A stretch of DNA of 64,000 nt from Eledone cirrhosa (lineage: Eukaryota): positions 96,038,001-96,102,000 of the forward strand of contig OZ024744.1 in assembly GCA_964016885.1 (NCBI GenBank), given 5' to 3'. This document shows positions 27,199 to 40,679 of this stretch, one piece after another (the stretch's first letter is position 1; the number at the start of each line of letters is the position of its first letter). Made by a program: the position numbers and the translations under genes. Under the pieces are notes generated by a model. The model had not been told where the DNA came from. It did not search any database and saw only the letters and a list, made by a program, of their open reading frames with translations.

Positions 27199-29216
27199 AT
27201 GGATTTATACGAACTGAATTACTCCCTGAAGAACATTCCAACTCCCTCCAACCATGTTTGCCAAAAGCTCCTCCTACAAAAAGCGGAAAATGTCGTCAGA
27301 CGCTTAAGATGGCCAGCCCTAGCTTTCGACGGCAAAATTACAGGCACAAACAACACCTTCAACCTTAAATCGAGAGCCTACCCTCCTAAGGTAACCGAAC
27401 TTTCTCTTTTCGAGACGGATCTTCTTGACTTAGTCGCTAACATTTCCTTTCGCAACACACACTAACACCTTTCAAACGAAACTCAGAAACGATATTAAGA
27501 AATTTAGGTCTTCTAATAACACCTTCGTCCTTTCCGACAAAACTAATAATATTTACGAAGTCGATGGCCTACCACGACATTAATACAGAAGCCAAGGAAC
27601 TCGCCACCGACCTTAAGGTAGATAAGAAGCTACAATCTCTAGCTAAGCGGGAGGCGTTCCTCACCCTGAAAGATCACAAGGTAGACTTTACTTCTAATCC
27701 CACATGTAGACTAATAAACCCTGTACGCACAGATATGGGACTAGTCAGTAAGGCCATACTTGGAAACATAGTTAAGACCATTAGGACCAAGTCCAACCTG
27801 CCCCAGTGGGAGAACAGCGACCCCGTAATTAAGTGGTTTAACTCCTTAAAATCCATTGTCGATTTTTACCCGTCGATCTCAGAGACCCTGTTAAACAAAG
27901 CGTTGGACTTCGCTACCACTTATACCACCGTCGATGGTTTAGACAGGGAAATCATCGCTCACTGCCGGAAAACCCTCCTCTTCAACGACGGAGTAGCCTG
28001 GGCAAAGAAGTCACCAACTTCAGACCTATTCGACGTCTCCATGGGATCGTTTGACAGTGCTGACGTATGTGACTTGGTTGGCCTTTTTATCTTAGACATA
28101 TTACGTGTTAGATTCCCGGACTTCCACACGGGAATATACTGTGACGATGGACTGACTTTATCGAGCCATAAAAGTGGTCACGACCTCGACCGGTTTAAAA
28201 AAGACTTAGCTTCTACCTTCAATGAGTTAGGCCTTAGGATAACAGTAGCCACCAACCTCTCTAGCGTAGATTTCTTAGACATTAATTTAGACCTTCGCAC
28301 ACACAGCCACAGACCCTTCCATAAGCTAAACGAGAAACTTAATTACATTCACAAGGACTCATGCCACCCTCCCACAGTTTTTAGAAACTTCGTAAATAAT
28401 ATCAGTACTAGAATCTCAAACCTCTCCTCTAGTAAGGCTATCTTTGACAGGGCGGCACCATACTATAACACGGCGTTGGCTAACAGCGGCTTCTCGCAAC
28501 CTATCACCTACTCTCCCACTAGCAACAACACCTTTAAGAAAAGTAAGCGCATCAATAGACAAACTATCTGGTTCTCTCCTCCCTTCTCACTCAACGTTAA
28601 AACCAATGTAGGAAAAAAATGTCTAGCCCTCTTAGATAGACACTTCCCCATAGGTCATAAATACCGCTCCATCTTTAACCGATACAAAGTTAAACTAGGA
28701 TACTCCTGCGCTAAGAACATGAAGGCCCACATCACCAGCAGCCCTAGGAGAAACACCCCACCAGGGTGCTCTTTCCGTAAGCCTGAAGCTTGCCCCCTTC
28801 AACAGCAATGCAACACACCAGCTGTAATCTATGAAGCTGTAGTCACTTCCAACCGACCAAACGAACTCCAGGAGGTCAAATCCTATGTGGGCATGGCGGA
28901 GGGCCGATTCAAGGAGCGTTTCCTGAACCACCAGTCTACCTTCAGATACCCGGACAGACGTTCATCCACGAAACTCGCGAGCCACGTATGGTCCCTCAAG
29001 GACTCAAGTATAGGGTACTCCATTCAATGGAAAGCCATCACTAAGTCCAAGCCATACGCAAGGGGAAATCCGACGTGTGGCTTATGTATTGACGAAGGAA
29101 TAACTATCCTAAAGAGATTACGCAATAGTGATTGCCTAAACACGAGAAGTGAATTTTTCACACGTTGTCCACACGTCACCAAACATCTATTGCATAACTA
29201 CAAGGCTCCGGACTGA
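27199..29216 (+). pseudogene. PLE-B RT/GIY-YIG ORF (frameshift near 27460, small deletions)
   Basis: YSLKNIPTP, VRRLRW, LKDHK, CRLINP, IVDFYPSI, FDVSMGSFD, GIYCDDGL, DFLDINL, SCHPP, CPLQQQC..VIYEA..YVGMAEGRFKERFLNH, CGLC. Confidence 0.93.
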
Positions 29217-29400
29217 TTCTTTGTAATTTTATTTTTAATTTTTTTAAATTTTATTTTCAACCTAAAAACTTTCCGGACTTTCGCAGTTATCTCCCTTACA
29301 CCTCCCGCACGCAGTCTAGTATTGCCTGTGTGAAGGGACCGAGTTTCTGCGCATGCGCGTTCGTACGGTTGTCCTTCCTGTTCCTATAACCATACACATC

Positions 29401-29440
29401 CCGAGCTGAAGATCCGAGAAGGTGAAACAATTGTTCTCGG
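29401..29440 (+). ncRNA. Hammerhead in PLE-B 3' pLTR
   Basis: CCGAG-CTGAAGA-TCCGAGAAGGT-GAAA-CAATTG-TT-CTCGG. Confidence 0.82.
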
Positions 29441-29474
29441 TATGGTGAACTAACTGTTGTGTAACCACTTCTCT

Positions 29475-29664
<190 letters not shown>

Positions 29665-29997
29665 AAAATAAGAAGGTAATTTGGCAACCGAGTTTGGCAC
29701 GATTCTCCGATAGTCTGAATAGGTCCCTTATGGATTTACACATTTCACAATGCTTCAAGCAAACTTTAACACCCTCATATATATATATATATATATATAT
29801 GTAAGTATATATATATATATATATATATAGTATTAAGGGTACTATTTATGGTTATGTATGTAATAAAACCTTTAATGGTAATATATTATATATACAAACC
29901 TTAAATAGTGAAAGATAGTCATTAATTACTATCCTATTACCAGTAAGATAAATAGCTCAATGTAATAACAACAGTTGTTTTACAGAGCAGTTATATA

Positions 29998-30177
<180 letters not shown>

Positions 30178-30336
30178 CAGAGGGCGCTAGCCCCCCCGGT
30201 GTTTACATAGCTACGGCTTCCTAAAACCGTATTTCTTTGGAGATACGAAATATTTATACATATTGTATAAAGCTATGCTTGATGCGAAATCTTATTTCTT
30301 TTCTATTATGAGTTGAGCCAACTTATGCAGCTTCAT

Positions 30337-30344
30337 ATGCAAAT
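30337..30344 (+). promoter_or_regulatory. Octamer motif ATGCAAAT in the retrozyme-like monomer
   Basis: Perfect octamer, also intact in the second copy (26026-26033). Function is inferred only. Confidence 0.35.
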
Positions 30345-30432
30345 GAGATTAATCACCTCATTTACACAGACGAGAAAACTATATATTCTCGCCTGTCTTC
30401 TAGTCCAGCAGTCGCAGAGCAGTGGGAGGGAT

Positions 30433-30472
30433 CGTCCTGACGAAGGCCAGTTAAGCCTGAAATGCATAGACG
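30433..30472 (+). ncRNA. Canonical minimal type I hammerhead ribozyme
   Basis: CGTC-CTGACGA-AGGC-CAGTTAA-GCCT-GAAA-TGCA-TA-GACG. Confidence 0.92.
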
Positions 30473-30576
30473 GCTGTCCACCTTGCTCCTGTTGGACATC
30501 ACCAGAGGGCGTCAGCCCCCCGGTGTTTGCATAGCTACGACTTCCTAAAACCGTTTTTCTTTGGAGATACGAAATA

Positions 30577-30607
<31 letters not shown>

Positions 30608-30630
30608 CTCTCTTTCTCTCTCTCTCTCTG

Positions 30631-30700
<70 letters not shown>

Positions 30701-30715
30701 AATATATATATATTT

Positions 30716-31384
30716 CTAGGGCGGGTAAAATTTCCGAGATCCATGGACGAGTTCTTTCCGGCGGTCTCTGTCCCTCATTATCGCTGCCATGTCCTGTGTC
30801 TCCAACAGACCGGTGTCTGTCCTTAGGGCATCAACATACGTTAACCTTGGTCTTCCTCTTCCAGTGTGCCCATGCACGGGCTCCCACAGGAGCACTGAGT
30901 GCAATGTCAAATCTGGATGTCGGTGGGCATGTCCAGCTAACCTCAGTCCCCTCTGTGTCACTTTTAAGCTGACTTTTGGGAGGCTCCCATACAGCTCTGA
31001 GTTTTTCATCCTCAGTGTATACTGATTAATGTTCAGAGCCATCCTCAGCATTCTCGTGTAGCACCCATCCACCATCTGAGTGAGTTTCTTGGTCAGTGTC
31101 CAAGTCTCAGACCCGTATAGCAGCACAGACTCTACTACAGCAATGAAGAGGCGGATTTTCAGGTCTTTACGAAGGTCCGACTTCCACACTGATTTCAAGC
31201 TGTGGCACGCCGCCCAGGCTTTGCTCTTCCTCTCAACCACATCATCTTCCGTATTCCCAATCTTTGCTCCCAAATACAGGAAGTCCTCAACCAATTCTAG
31301 CGGCTTCCCGCCTACATTAGTGATCCCCTCTGGCTTCTCAACATTCTCTACCAGATATTTTGTTTTAGTCTCATTCATTCTCAT
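30716..31384 (-). mobile_element. RTE-type LINE 3' fragment
   Basis: LELVEDFLYLG, ESVLLYGSETWTLT, DGCYTRMLR, RLAGHAHRH, GRGRPRLTY. Same family as 58800-59468. Confidence 0.92.
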
Positions 31385-31450
31385 ATATATATATATATAA
31401 AATTAGAGGAATTTCTGTTACATGGTTATGCATGTGACTTCTTCAGATGC

Positions 31451-31900
31451 TCATACAATCATAGGCTGGCACCACAACTGGATGGTAATACATGACCAGT
31501 GACATATCCCCATGATTGCATAACTACACCTATGATTGTCACAGCCAAGCACCCTCAGAGGCATCGCCTGATACCACAGTAAGCAAGCCGCTAACGATGA
31601 CAAGAACTTCATTGTCAACGACCCAGCTCTCCCGAACGACTTGAATGTCACAGGCTGGAAAAAATAGTTTGTTGATAATTCCTGGTATTTTAGGATTTTA
31701 TTCCGTTCAGCTACGAAAGCAGCGGTCCTCACATTTACCTCATCATCCAGGATGTGGGAAGGAACAAAAGAGTTACTGACTGTAGCGTCCCAGATGAGAT
31801 ATCTACCTCTTACCCAAGGACAAATGATAAGACCATCTGTCCTCTCCTTATCAACTCTGGAGAGTCCAGCAAGTTTCAGAATTGAGTGAGTATTGACGTG
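31451..31900 (-). pseudogene. CRE-type non-LTR retrotransposon restriction-like endonuclease fragment
   Basis: RTDGLIICPWVRGRYLIWDATV..AERNKILKYQEL..YFFQPVTFKSFG (PD..D..K type RLE). Confidence 0.75.
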
Positions 31901-32039
31901 AATAGGACCTACTTGGTAATTAAGTTTAACCAAGTTTAAAGAACGAAGCCATCTGTGTTCACGAAGCAAGACAATTCATCAATACATTATTCTATTCTTC
32001 TCAATCCAAATTTTCTCTTTTCTTTTTCTATTAAAATGT

Positions 32040-33000
32040 ACTATCAGAAAAACCACCCTCCTCGGGTGGTTTTTTGCTAGCATGTGTAGTGTGTATATTG
32101 ATATTATACGCAAGTATATATACATGTAGATATGATACATCAAATAAAATCGTAATTGACAATATACAATATACACAGACATTGAACGAAGACTGCGTTA
32201 CACTCTCTTATGTAATCAGTAACGTAATCCATGATACATTAAAAAAAGACGATACTATATATAAACTGCATTAGGAGAAAATTAGTGACGGAAATATATG
32301 AATGTATATTTAAACGATCACTAACCGGAAGTGTTGACATTTGAAAATTTTAAAGAAGTGAATCTTAAAATAACAAAATTATTTCTATTTAATAAAGAAT
32401 AACGAAATTTAGTTGATAAGTTATGTAATATTCATTCATTATTTATTCAAGGGGCGGTGAATTGGCAGTATCGGTAGAGGGTCGGACGCCATGCTTTGCA
32501 GCATAGTTACGTCCCTTTGCGGTCTGAGTTCAAATCCCGCCGAGGTTAACTTTGCCTTTCATCCTTACGGGGTCGATAAAATAAAGTACCAGTAATGCAC
32601 TGGGTAATTGCTGGCCTTGTGCCTAAAGTCGAAACAATTATTTATTCAAGGGGCGGTGAATTGGCAGTATCGGTAGAGGGTCGGACGCCATGCTTTGCAG
32701 CATAGTTACGTCCCTTTGCAGTCTGAGTTCAAATCCCGCCGAGGTTAACTTTGCATTTCATCCTTACGGGGTCGATAAAATAAAGTACCAGTAATGTAGT
32801 GGGTTATTGATGGCCTTGTGCCAAAAGTAGAAACAATTATTTATTCATGCTTTTCATCCTTACGGGGTCAATAAAGTAAAGTACCAGTAATACACTGGGT
32901 CAAGGCCGGCCGTGTGCCAAAGGTAGAAACAATTATTTATTCAACTTATTTTACAACTTATTTTACAAACTTATTTTACAAACGGGATAAAAAAATATAT
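32040..33000. repeat. Dispersed segment with inverted paralog at 46130-46641
   Basis: Extended reverse-complement similarity, ending in a CACCC..GGGTG hairpin plus CTAG (Helitron-like). Confidence 0.7.
32451..32944 (+). mobile_element. Tandem array of family-A SINEs (2 full plus 1 partial, period 199)
   Basis: GGGGCGGTGAATTGGCAGTATCGG starts at 32451 and 32650. Each unit ends ATTATTTATTCA(A). Confidence 0.92.
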
Positions 33001-33159
33001 ATACTGCACTCCTTACTTTATTATAGTTTAGATTTACATGATATATTTCATAAAGAAAATTATCCATTTAGTCCTATGGAGCTTAATAACGAGAAAGTTA
33101 TATAAATAAATCACTTCAAATTCTTGATTATTTTCAAAATTATTTAAAAATTATATGCG

Positions 33160-33372
33160 TGGTTTCTCCGTCCTCTTCCTCTTCGCACCGCTCGCCTTGG
33201 AAACCTCAGGCGTACTTGGACCCCATACTGCCGAGCTCCTCCGCAAGATCGGAGCGTCGGCGGCCCGTCTGAGGAGGGAGCCCCGCGAGGTTTGGTGGTG
33301 GCTGTTGCAGCGCGGGTGTCACTGGCCATCGTCCGGGGAAATGCCTTTGCCGTCTTGTCAGCGGGTCGCAGT
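33160..33372 (+). pseudogene. CRE-type retrotransposon extreme C-terminus
   Basis: FAPLALETSGVLGP..REPRE..LLQR / VSLAIVRGNAFAVL. GC-rich island. Confidence 0.72.
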
Positions 33373-33509
33373 ACTCCTTCACCCCCCCCCCGCCCCTTGC
33401 CCTAGGCTCAAACCCAATGACCCTCCCCTCAACCCCTCTCTTTTGCGGCACCACAGCTCTTGCCACCCCCTTTCCCTTTCTTTTCTTCTTTCTTTCTCTC
33501 CTTTTCTCT

Positions 33510-34831
33510 CTCTCTATATTTCCCTATTCTTTCTTCTCTATATTTCCCTATTCTTCCTTCTCTATATTTCCCTACTCTTTCTTCTCTATATTTCCCTATT
33601 CTTTCTTCTCTATATTTCCCTATTCTTTCTTCTCTATATTTTTCCTTATTCTCTCTTCTCTATATTTCCCTATTCTTTCTCCTCTATATTTCCCTATTCT
33701 TTCTTCTCTATATTTCCCTATTCTTTCTTCTCTATATTTCCCTATTCTTTCTTCTCTATATTTCCCTATTCTTTCTTCTCTATATTTCCCTATACTTCTC
33801 TATATTTCTCTATTCTTTCTTCTCTATATTTCCCTATTCTTTCTTCTCCATATTTCCCTATTCTTTCTTCTCTATATTTCCCTATTCTTTCTTCTCTATA
33901 TTTCCCTATTCTTCTCTATATTTCTCTATTCTTTCTTCTCTATATTTCCCTATTCTTTCTCTCTCTATATTTCCCTATTCTTTCTTCTCTATATTTCCCT
34001 ATTCTTTCCTCTCTATATTTCCCTATTCTTTCTTCTCTATATTTCCCTATTCTTTCTCTCTCTATATTTCTTCTCTATATTTCCCTATTCTTTCTTCTCT
34101 ATATATTTCCCTATTCTCTCTTCTCTATATTTCCCTATTCTTTCTCCTCTATATTTCCCTATTCTTTCTTCTCTATATTTCCCTATTCTTTCTTCTCTAT
34201 ATTTCCCTATTCTTTCTTCTCTATATTTCCCTATTCTTTCTCTCTCTATATTTCTTCTCTGTATTTCCCTATTCTTTCCTCTCTATATTTCCCTATTCTT
34301 TCTTCTCTATATTTCCCTATTCTTTCTCTCTCTATATTTCTTCTCTATATTTCCCTATTCTTTCTTCTCTATATTTCCCTATTCTTTCTTCTCTATATTT
34401 CCCTATACTTCTCTATATTTCTCTATTCTTTCTTCTCTATATTTCCCTATTCTTTCTTCTCTATATTTCCCTATTCTTTCTTCTCTATATTTCCCTATTC
34501 TTTCTTCTCTATATTTCCCTATTCTTCTCTATATTTCTCTATTCTTTCTTCTCTATATTTCCCTATTCTTTCTCTCTCTATATTTCCCTATTCTTTCTTC
34601 TCTATATTTCCCTATTCTTTCCTCTCTATATTTCCCTATTCTTTCTTCTCTATATTTCCCTATTCTTTCTCTCTCTATATTTCTTTTCTATATTTCCCTA
34701 TTCTTTCCTCTCTATATTTCCCTATTCTTTCTTCTCTATATATTTCCCTATTCTTTCTTCTCTATATTTCCCTATTCTTTCTTCTCTATATATTTCCCTA
34801 TTCTTTCTTCTCTATATTTCCCTATTCTTTC
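33510..34831. repeat. 24-bp pyrimidine-rich minisatellite (TATATTTCCCTATTCTTTCTTCTC)n
   Basis: Direct reading. Confidence 0.95.
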
Positions 34832-35009
34832 AGAGTATTTTATTAGAAATATGGCAGTGAAGGGGGACTTTATTACGGCAAAGACAAATTTGAAAAACTT
34901 ATATTTATTTAAATCTGAAATATCTGAAATATTTCATTCCTCGTTAAAATTAATAAATGTCACTTCTGAAAAACTCTGAAAAGCCTCTTGGAATACATGG
35001 CAACGTATA

Positions 35010-35491
35010 TGATGACAATGATGATGATGATGATGATGATGATGATGGTGGTGGTGATAATAATGATGATGATGATGGTGGTGATGACGGTGACAGTGAT
35101 GATAATGGTGATGATGATGATGATGATGATGGCGGTGGTGGTAATAATGATGATGACAATGGTGATGATGGTGATGGTAATGATAAAGGTGATGATGATG
35201 GAGATCATGATGATGGTGATGATGATAATGGTGATGATGCTGGTGGTGATGATGGTGATGGTAATGATGAAGGTGATAGTGTTGGTGATGATGATGATGA
35301 TGATGGTGATGATGATGGTAATGATGATGATGATGGTGGTGGTGATGATAAAGGTGATAATGTTGGTGATGATGATGATGATGATGATGATGGTGATGAT
35401 GATGGTAATGATGATGATGATGATGATGGTGACGACAAAGGTGATGATGATGTTGGTGATGATGATGATGCTGATGATGATCGTGATGATA
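35010..35491. repeat. Imperfect (GAT/GGT)n trinucleotide repeat
   Basis: Direct reading. Confidence 0.95.
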
Positions 35492-35712
35492 ACGCTTGAG
35501 TGTTTCATTATAAACTCTAAACTCACCAACATTAATAACATCAGGAGGATGTAATTGCTAAACAAACAAACAAACAAACAAAAACAAAAACAAAACAAAA
35601 GAACAAACAAAAAAACAAATATTTCAACAACAAAAAAACAAATATTTCAACAACAAACAAACAAACAAAAACAAAACAAAAGAACAAACAAAAAAACAAA
35701 TATTTCAAAAAA

Positions 35713-35782
<70 letters not shown>

Positions 35783-35788
<6 letters not shown>

Positions 35789-36162
35789 TAAAGTAATGAA
35801 TAAACAAAGAAACAGTTCCTTATATTAAAAAAATTCATCATTTTACGATCGTTTCTAGGACATATATGTGTTAGTGTTGGTATGCATATTCTATAGATCT
35901 ATGTAAAAATGTTACAAACTATCAGAGGGAATATACATACCTACACATATATATGCTGTCTTCAGAAATAATTATTTCTGAAGACAGCATATATATGTGT
36001 AGGTATGTATATTCCCTCTGATAGTTTGTATAAATATTTTACATAGATCTATAGAATATGCATACCAACACTAACACATATATGTCCTAGAAACGATCGT
36101 AAAATGATGAATTTTTTTAATATAAGGAACTGTTTCTTTGTTTATTCATTACTTTATTAATT
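35783..36162. repeat. Spacerless palindrome with arms of about 190 bp
   Basis: The centre reads CTTCAGAAATAATTATTTCTGAAG. Arms are nearly perfect. Confidence 0.93.
35971..36108 (+). ncRNA. Type I hammerhead with about 105-nt stem II (mirrored on minus strand)
   Basis: ATTATTT-CTGAAGA-[CATATATATGTGT..GGTATGTATATTC..GAATATGCATACC..ACACATATATG]-GAAA-CGATCG-TA-AAATGAT. Confidence 0.75.
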
Positions 36163-36293
36163 TATCTTGACTCTGTTTTCCGTTAATTTTCACCGAAAAT
36201 AATTTTTGAATGCATCTTCTCTTTTCATGATATCCGGATTACATTGAGTTCTTCATACGGATTGGACACTACCGTAAATTTTTGGTAGATTTA

Positions 36294-36330
<37 letters not shown>

Positions 36331-36454
36331 ATAATAATACATGTGAAGACTAAAATCCAAAGAGGGCTCGATAAGGATAAATATATATCAAATATATAAG
36401 AACCCTAGAGCAAATATTTATTAAAATAACAGATTAAAGTTTAAGCAAAGTTAG

Positions 36455-36740
36455 GGTAAAGGGTAAAGACCCCTTTGGGTTACGAATAAATCATGGGATT
36501 TGCACCTAGAAAGTTCCCTTCCGTTGTTTGTAGAATATCAGCAGTTACCCATGGAAACCAGTTTCCAAGCGAAAGGTAATACAGCTTGGCACTTGTTACA
36601 TCCCAACTCATTTCTATAACTGAGTAAAACAACGTGCTCAAGGACACAACACATCACCCGGTCCGAGAATCGAACTCACAACTTCACGATTACAAATCCA
36701 ACGCTCTAACCACTAAGCCAAAGCCAGCCATGTGCCTTCA
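36455..36740 (-). mobile_element. Family-B SINE
   Basis: TGGCTTAGTGGTTAGAGCG...GAGTTCGATTCTC...GTGTCCTTGAGCA, with a TTTACCC tail. Confidence 0.8.
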
Positions 36741-36778
36741 CATGTAAAGAGTTTAGAGTAATATCATCTACTAATATA

Positions 36779-37320
36779 TAATTGTTTCTACTTTAGGCAC
36801 AAGGCCAGCAATTACCCAGTGTATTACTGGTACTTTATTTTATCGACCCCCGTAAGGATAAAAGGCAAAGTTAACCCCGGCGGGATTTGAACTCAGATCG
36901 TAAAGGGACGTAACTATGCTGGAAAGCATGGCGTCCGACCCTCTACCGATACTGCCAGTCCGCCGCCCTTCCCTCAAAATAATTGTTTCTACTTTTGGCA
37001 CAAGGCCAGCAATTATCCCAGTGTATTACTGGTACTTTATTTTATCGACCCCGTAAGGATGAAAGGCAAAGTTAACCTCGGCGGGATTTGAACTCAGACC
37101 ATAAAGGGCCGTAACTCTTTGCTGCAAAGCATGGCGTCCGACCCTCAACTGAAACTGCCAATCCACCACTCAAAATAATTGTTTCTTCTTTTGGCACAAG
37201 GCCAGCAATTATCCAGTGCATTACTGGTACTTTATTTTATCGACCCCGTAAGGATGAAAGGCAAAGTCAACCTCGGCGGGATTTGAACTCAGACCGTAAA
37301 GGGACGTAACTATGCTGGAT
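36779..37320 (-). mobile_element. Tandem array of three family-A SINEs
   Basis: AATTGTTTC..TTTTGGCACAAGGCC at about 36780, 36981 and 37177. Confidence 0.92.
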
Positions 37321-37429
37321 ACACTCACATCTACGTGATGAATGAAGAAGGAAGGGGGCTGTGATAAACTACAGAAAACAGAGAACAGCGTTCGCTACGC
37401 CTGTGTTACTCATACATATAAATGTATAC

Positions 37430-38240
37430 ATATGCACACGCACACGCACACACACATACACACACACGCGCGCGCGCGCACATACACACACACACATACT
37501 CACACACGTACATACACACATACACACACATACACACACATACACACACACACGCATATACACACATACACACATACACACGCATACATACACACACCTA
37601 CACACATACACACGCATACATACACACAGATGCACATACACACACATACACACACACACATATACATACACACATACACACATACACACACACACACACA
37701 TACACCACAAACAAATATGTGCGTGTATGTAATAATTATTTTTAACTATTGGCTACACTTCTGTGAGTGTATGTGTGTGTTAGTGTATGTGTGTGTTAGT
37801 ATATGTGTGTGTATGAGTATGTGTGTGTGTGTGAGTGTATATGTGTGTGAGTGTATGTGTGTGTAAATGTATATGTGTGAGTGTATGTGTGTGTGAGTGT
37901 ATATGTATGCGAGTGTATGTGTGTGTATGAGTATGTGTGTGTGTGTGTGAGAGTGTATGTGTGTGTATATGTGTGTGAGTATATGTAAATGTATGTGTGT
38001 AAGTGTATACGTGTGTGTGACTATATGTGAGAGTGTATGTGTGGGAGTGTATATGTGTGTGAGTATATGTGAGTGTGTGTGAGTATATATGTGTGTGAGT
38101 CTATGTGTGTCAGTGTGAGCGTGAGAGTGTATATGTGAGTGTGTGTATGTGTATGTAAGTGTATATGTGAGAGTGTATATGTGTGTCAGTGTATATGTGT
38201 GTGAGGGTATATGTAAGAGTATATGTGTGTGTAAGTTAAT
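37430..38240. repeat. Degenerate (CA)n then (GT/GA)n low-complexity tract
   Basis: Direct reading. Confidence 0.9.
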
Positions 38241-38249
38241 ATGCGTATC

Positions 38250-40032
38250 TGTGTATATGTCTGTGTCAGTGTATGTCAGTGTATGTGTCAGTGTCAGTGT
38301 ATGTCTGTGTCAGTGTATGTCTGTGTCAGTGTATGTCTGTGTCAGTGTATGTCAGTGTCAGTGTATGTCTGTGTCAGTGTGTGTCTGTGTCAGTGTATGT
38401 CAGTGTCAGTGTATGTCTGTGTCAGTGTATGTCTGTGTCAGTGTATGTCTGTGTCAGTGTATGTCTGTGTCAGTATATATCAGTGTCAGTGTATGTCTGT
38501 GTCAGTGTATGTCAGTGTCAGTGTATGTCAGTGTCAGTATATATCAGTGTCAGTGTATGTCTGTGTCAGTGTATGTCAGTGTCAGTATATATCAGTGTCA
38601 GTGTATGTCTGTGTCAGTGTATGTCTGTGTCAGTGTATGTCTGTGTCAGTGTATGTCTGTGTCAGTGTATGTCAGTGTCAGTATATGTCAGTGTCAGTGT
38701 ATGTCTGTGTCAGTGTATGTCAGTGTCAGTGTATGTCAGTGTCAGTGTATGTCAGTGTCAGTGTATTTCAGTGTCAGTGTATGTCTGTGTCAGTGTATCT
38801 CTGTGTCAGTGTATGTCAGTGTCAGTGTATGTCAGTGTCAGTGTATGTCTGTGTCAGTGTATGTCTGTGTCAGTGTATGTCAGTGTCAGTGTATGTCTGT
38901 GTCAGTGTATGTCTGTGTCAGTGTATGTCAGTGTCAGTGTATGTCAGTGTCAGTGTATGTCAGTGTATGTCTGTGTCAGTATATGTCTGTGTCACTGTAT
39001 GTCAGTGTCAGTGTATGTCATGTCAGTGTATGTCTGTGTCAGTATATGTCTGTGTCACTGTATGTCTGTGTCAGTGTATGTCAGTGTAAGTGTATGTCAG
39101 TGTCAGTGTATGTCTGTGTCAGTGTATATCTGTGTCAGTGTATATCAGTGTCAGTCTATGTCTGTGTCAGTGTATGTCTGTGTCAGTGTATGTCAGTGTC
39201 AGTGTATGTCAGTGTCAGTGTATGTCAGTGTCAGTGTATGTCAGTGTCAGTGTATGTCAGTGTCAGTGTATGTCTGTGTCACTGTATGTCTGTGTCAGTG
39301 TATGTCAGTGTCAGTGTATGTCAGTGTCAGTGTATGTCAGTGTCAGTGTATGTCTGTGTCAGTATATGTCTGTGTCACTGTATGTCAGTGTCAGTCTATG
39401 TCTGTGTCAGTGTATGTCAGTGTCAGTGTATGTCTGTGTCAGTTTATGTCTGTGTCAGTGTATGTCAGTGTCAGTGTATGTCTGTGTCAGTATATGTCTG
39501 TGTCACTGTATGTCTGTGTCAGTGTATATCTGTGTCAGTGTATGTCTGTGTCAGTGTATGTCTGTGTCAGTGTATGTCAGTGTCAGTGTATGTCAGTGTC
39601 AGTGTATGTCTGTGTCAGTGTATGTCTATGTCAGTGTATGTCAGTGTCAGTGTATGTCAGTGTCAGTGTATGTCAGTGTCAGTGTATGTCTGTGTAAGTG
39701 TATGTCAGTGTATTTCGGTGTCAGTGTGTGTCTGTGTCAGTGTATTTTGTGTCAGTGTATGTCAGAGTCAGTGTATGTCTGTGTATGTTAGTGTATGTCT
39801 GTGTCAGTATATGTCTGTGTCAGTGTATGTCAGTGTCAGTGTCAGTCTATGTCTGTGTCAGTGTATGTCTGTGTCAGTGCATGTCAGTGTCAGTGTATGT
39901 CAGTGTATGTCAGTGTCAGTGTATGTCAGTGTATGTCAGTGTCAGTGTATGTCAGTGTATGTCAGTGTCAGTGTATGTCTGTGTAAGTGTATGTCAGTGT
40001 CAGTGTACATCAGTGTCAGTGTATGTGTCAGT
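38250..40032. repeat. Compound minisatellite of GTCAGT/GTCTGT/GTAT modules (16-bp unit GTCAGTGTATGTCTGT)
   Basis: Direct reading. Confidence 0.95.
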
Positions 40033-40497
40033 ATATATATGTATATGTGTTGTCCAAGGAACCCAGTCCCAGTCAATACCACAATAAATTAGAACTATCC
40101 AGAATATAAAACCACCACAGTCGTAGTAGTATGTACCAATACACATCTACCCTTTAGCCGTCATTTTTGACGGCACGGGGCCAGCTAGTCTTAAAGAAGT
40201 ACTGTGTATATTCGGCCATTCTGTGCTCTGAGAAGTATCTTATTTTAGGCATTTTTATTTATACAAACACACACCGAGATGGCATTTACAGCTTGAAGGT
40301 AATTAATGAAGGTTATTAGTTGGCAGTAAATGTACAATACCAGAATCCCTGAACAACCTGTCAACAGTGTAACAGGAAACTTCAGTGATAACAGCATTTT
40401 TGTTGTTGTTGCTTTACGGAAACCTTTAAAATGATTAATTTAGATCTATCGTAATCATTTTCATGATTACGGTAGATCTAAATTGTTATTATATAAA

Positions 40498-40611
<114 letters not shown>

Positions 40612-40679
40612 ATAGGAAAAAAGATGAAATCGAAAATGCAACTGGAGTCTTATTTAAAAAAATATATGTTATTTGGTTC

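Larger units (their letters stand above)
26225..29471 (+). mobile_element. Penelope-like element B, near full length, with inverted 3' copy upstream
   Basis: Inverted EN/pLTR at 26225-26880, 5' pLTR from about 26880, ORF 27199-29216, 3' pLTR to 29471. Microsatellite flanks. Confidence 0.93.

Noticed and set aside
32048-32080. Rho-independent terminator-like hairpin with T tract
   Set aside because: Eukaryotic context. Hairpin plus CTAG fits a Helitron-like end better.
33155-34979. 466-563 aa hydrophobic ORFs
   Set aside because: Read-through of a 24-bp minisatellite. Only the first 65 or so codons are TE-derived.
38143-40092. 649-aa Cys/Val/Ser-rich ORF
   Set aside because: Compound minisatellite open in several frames.
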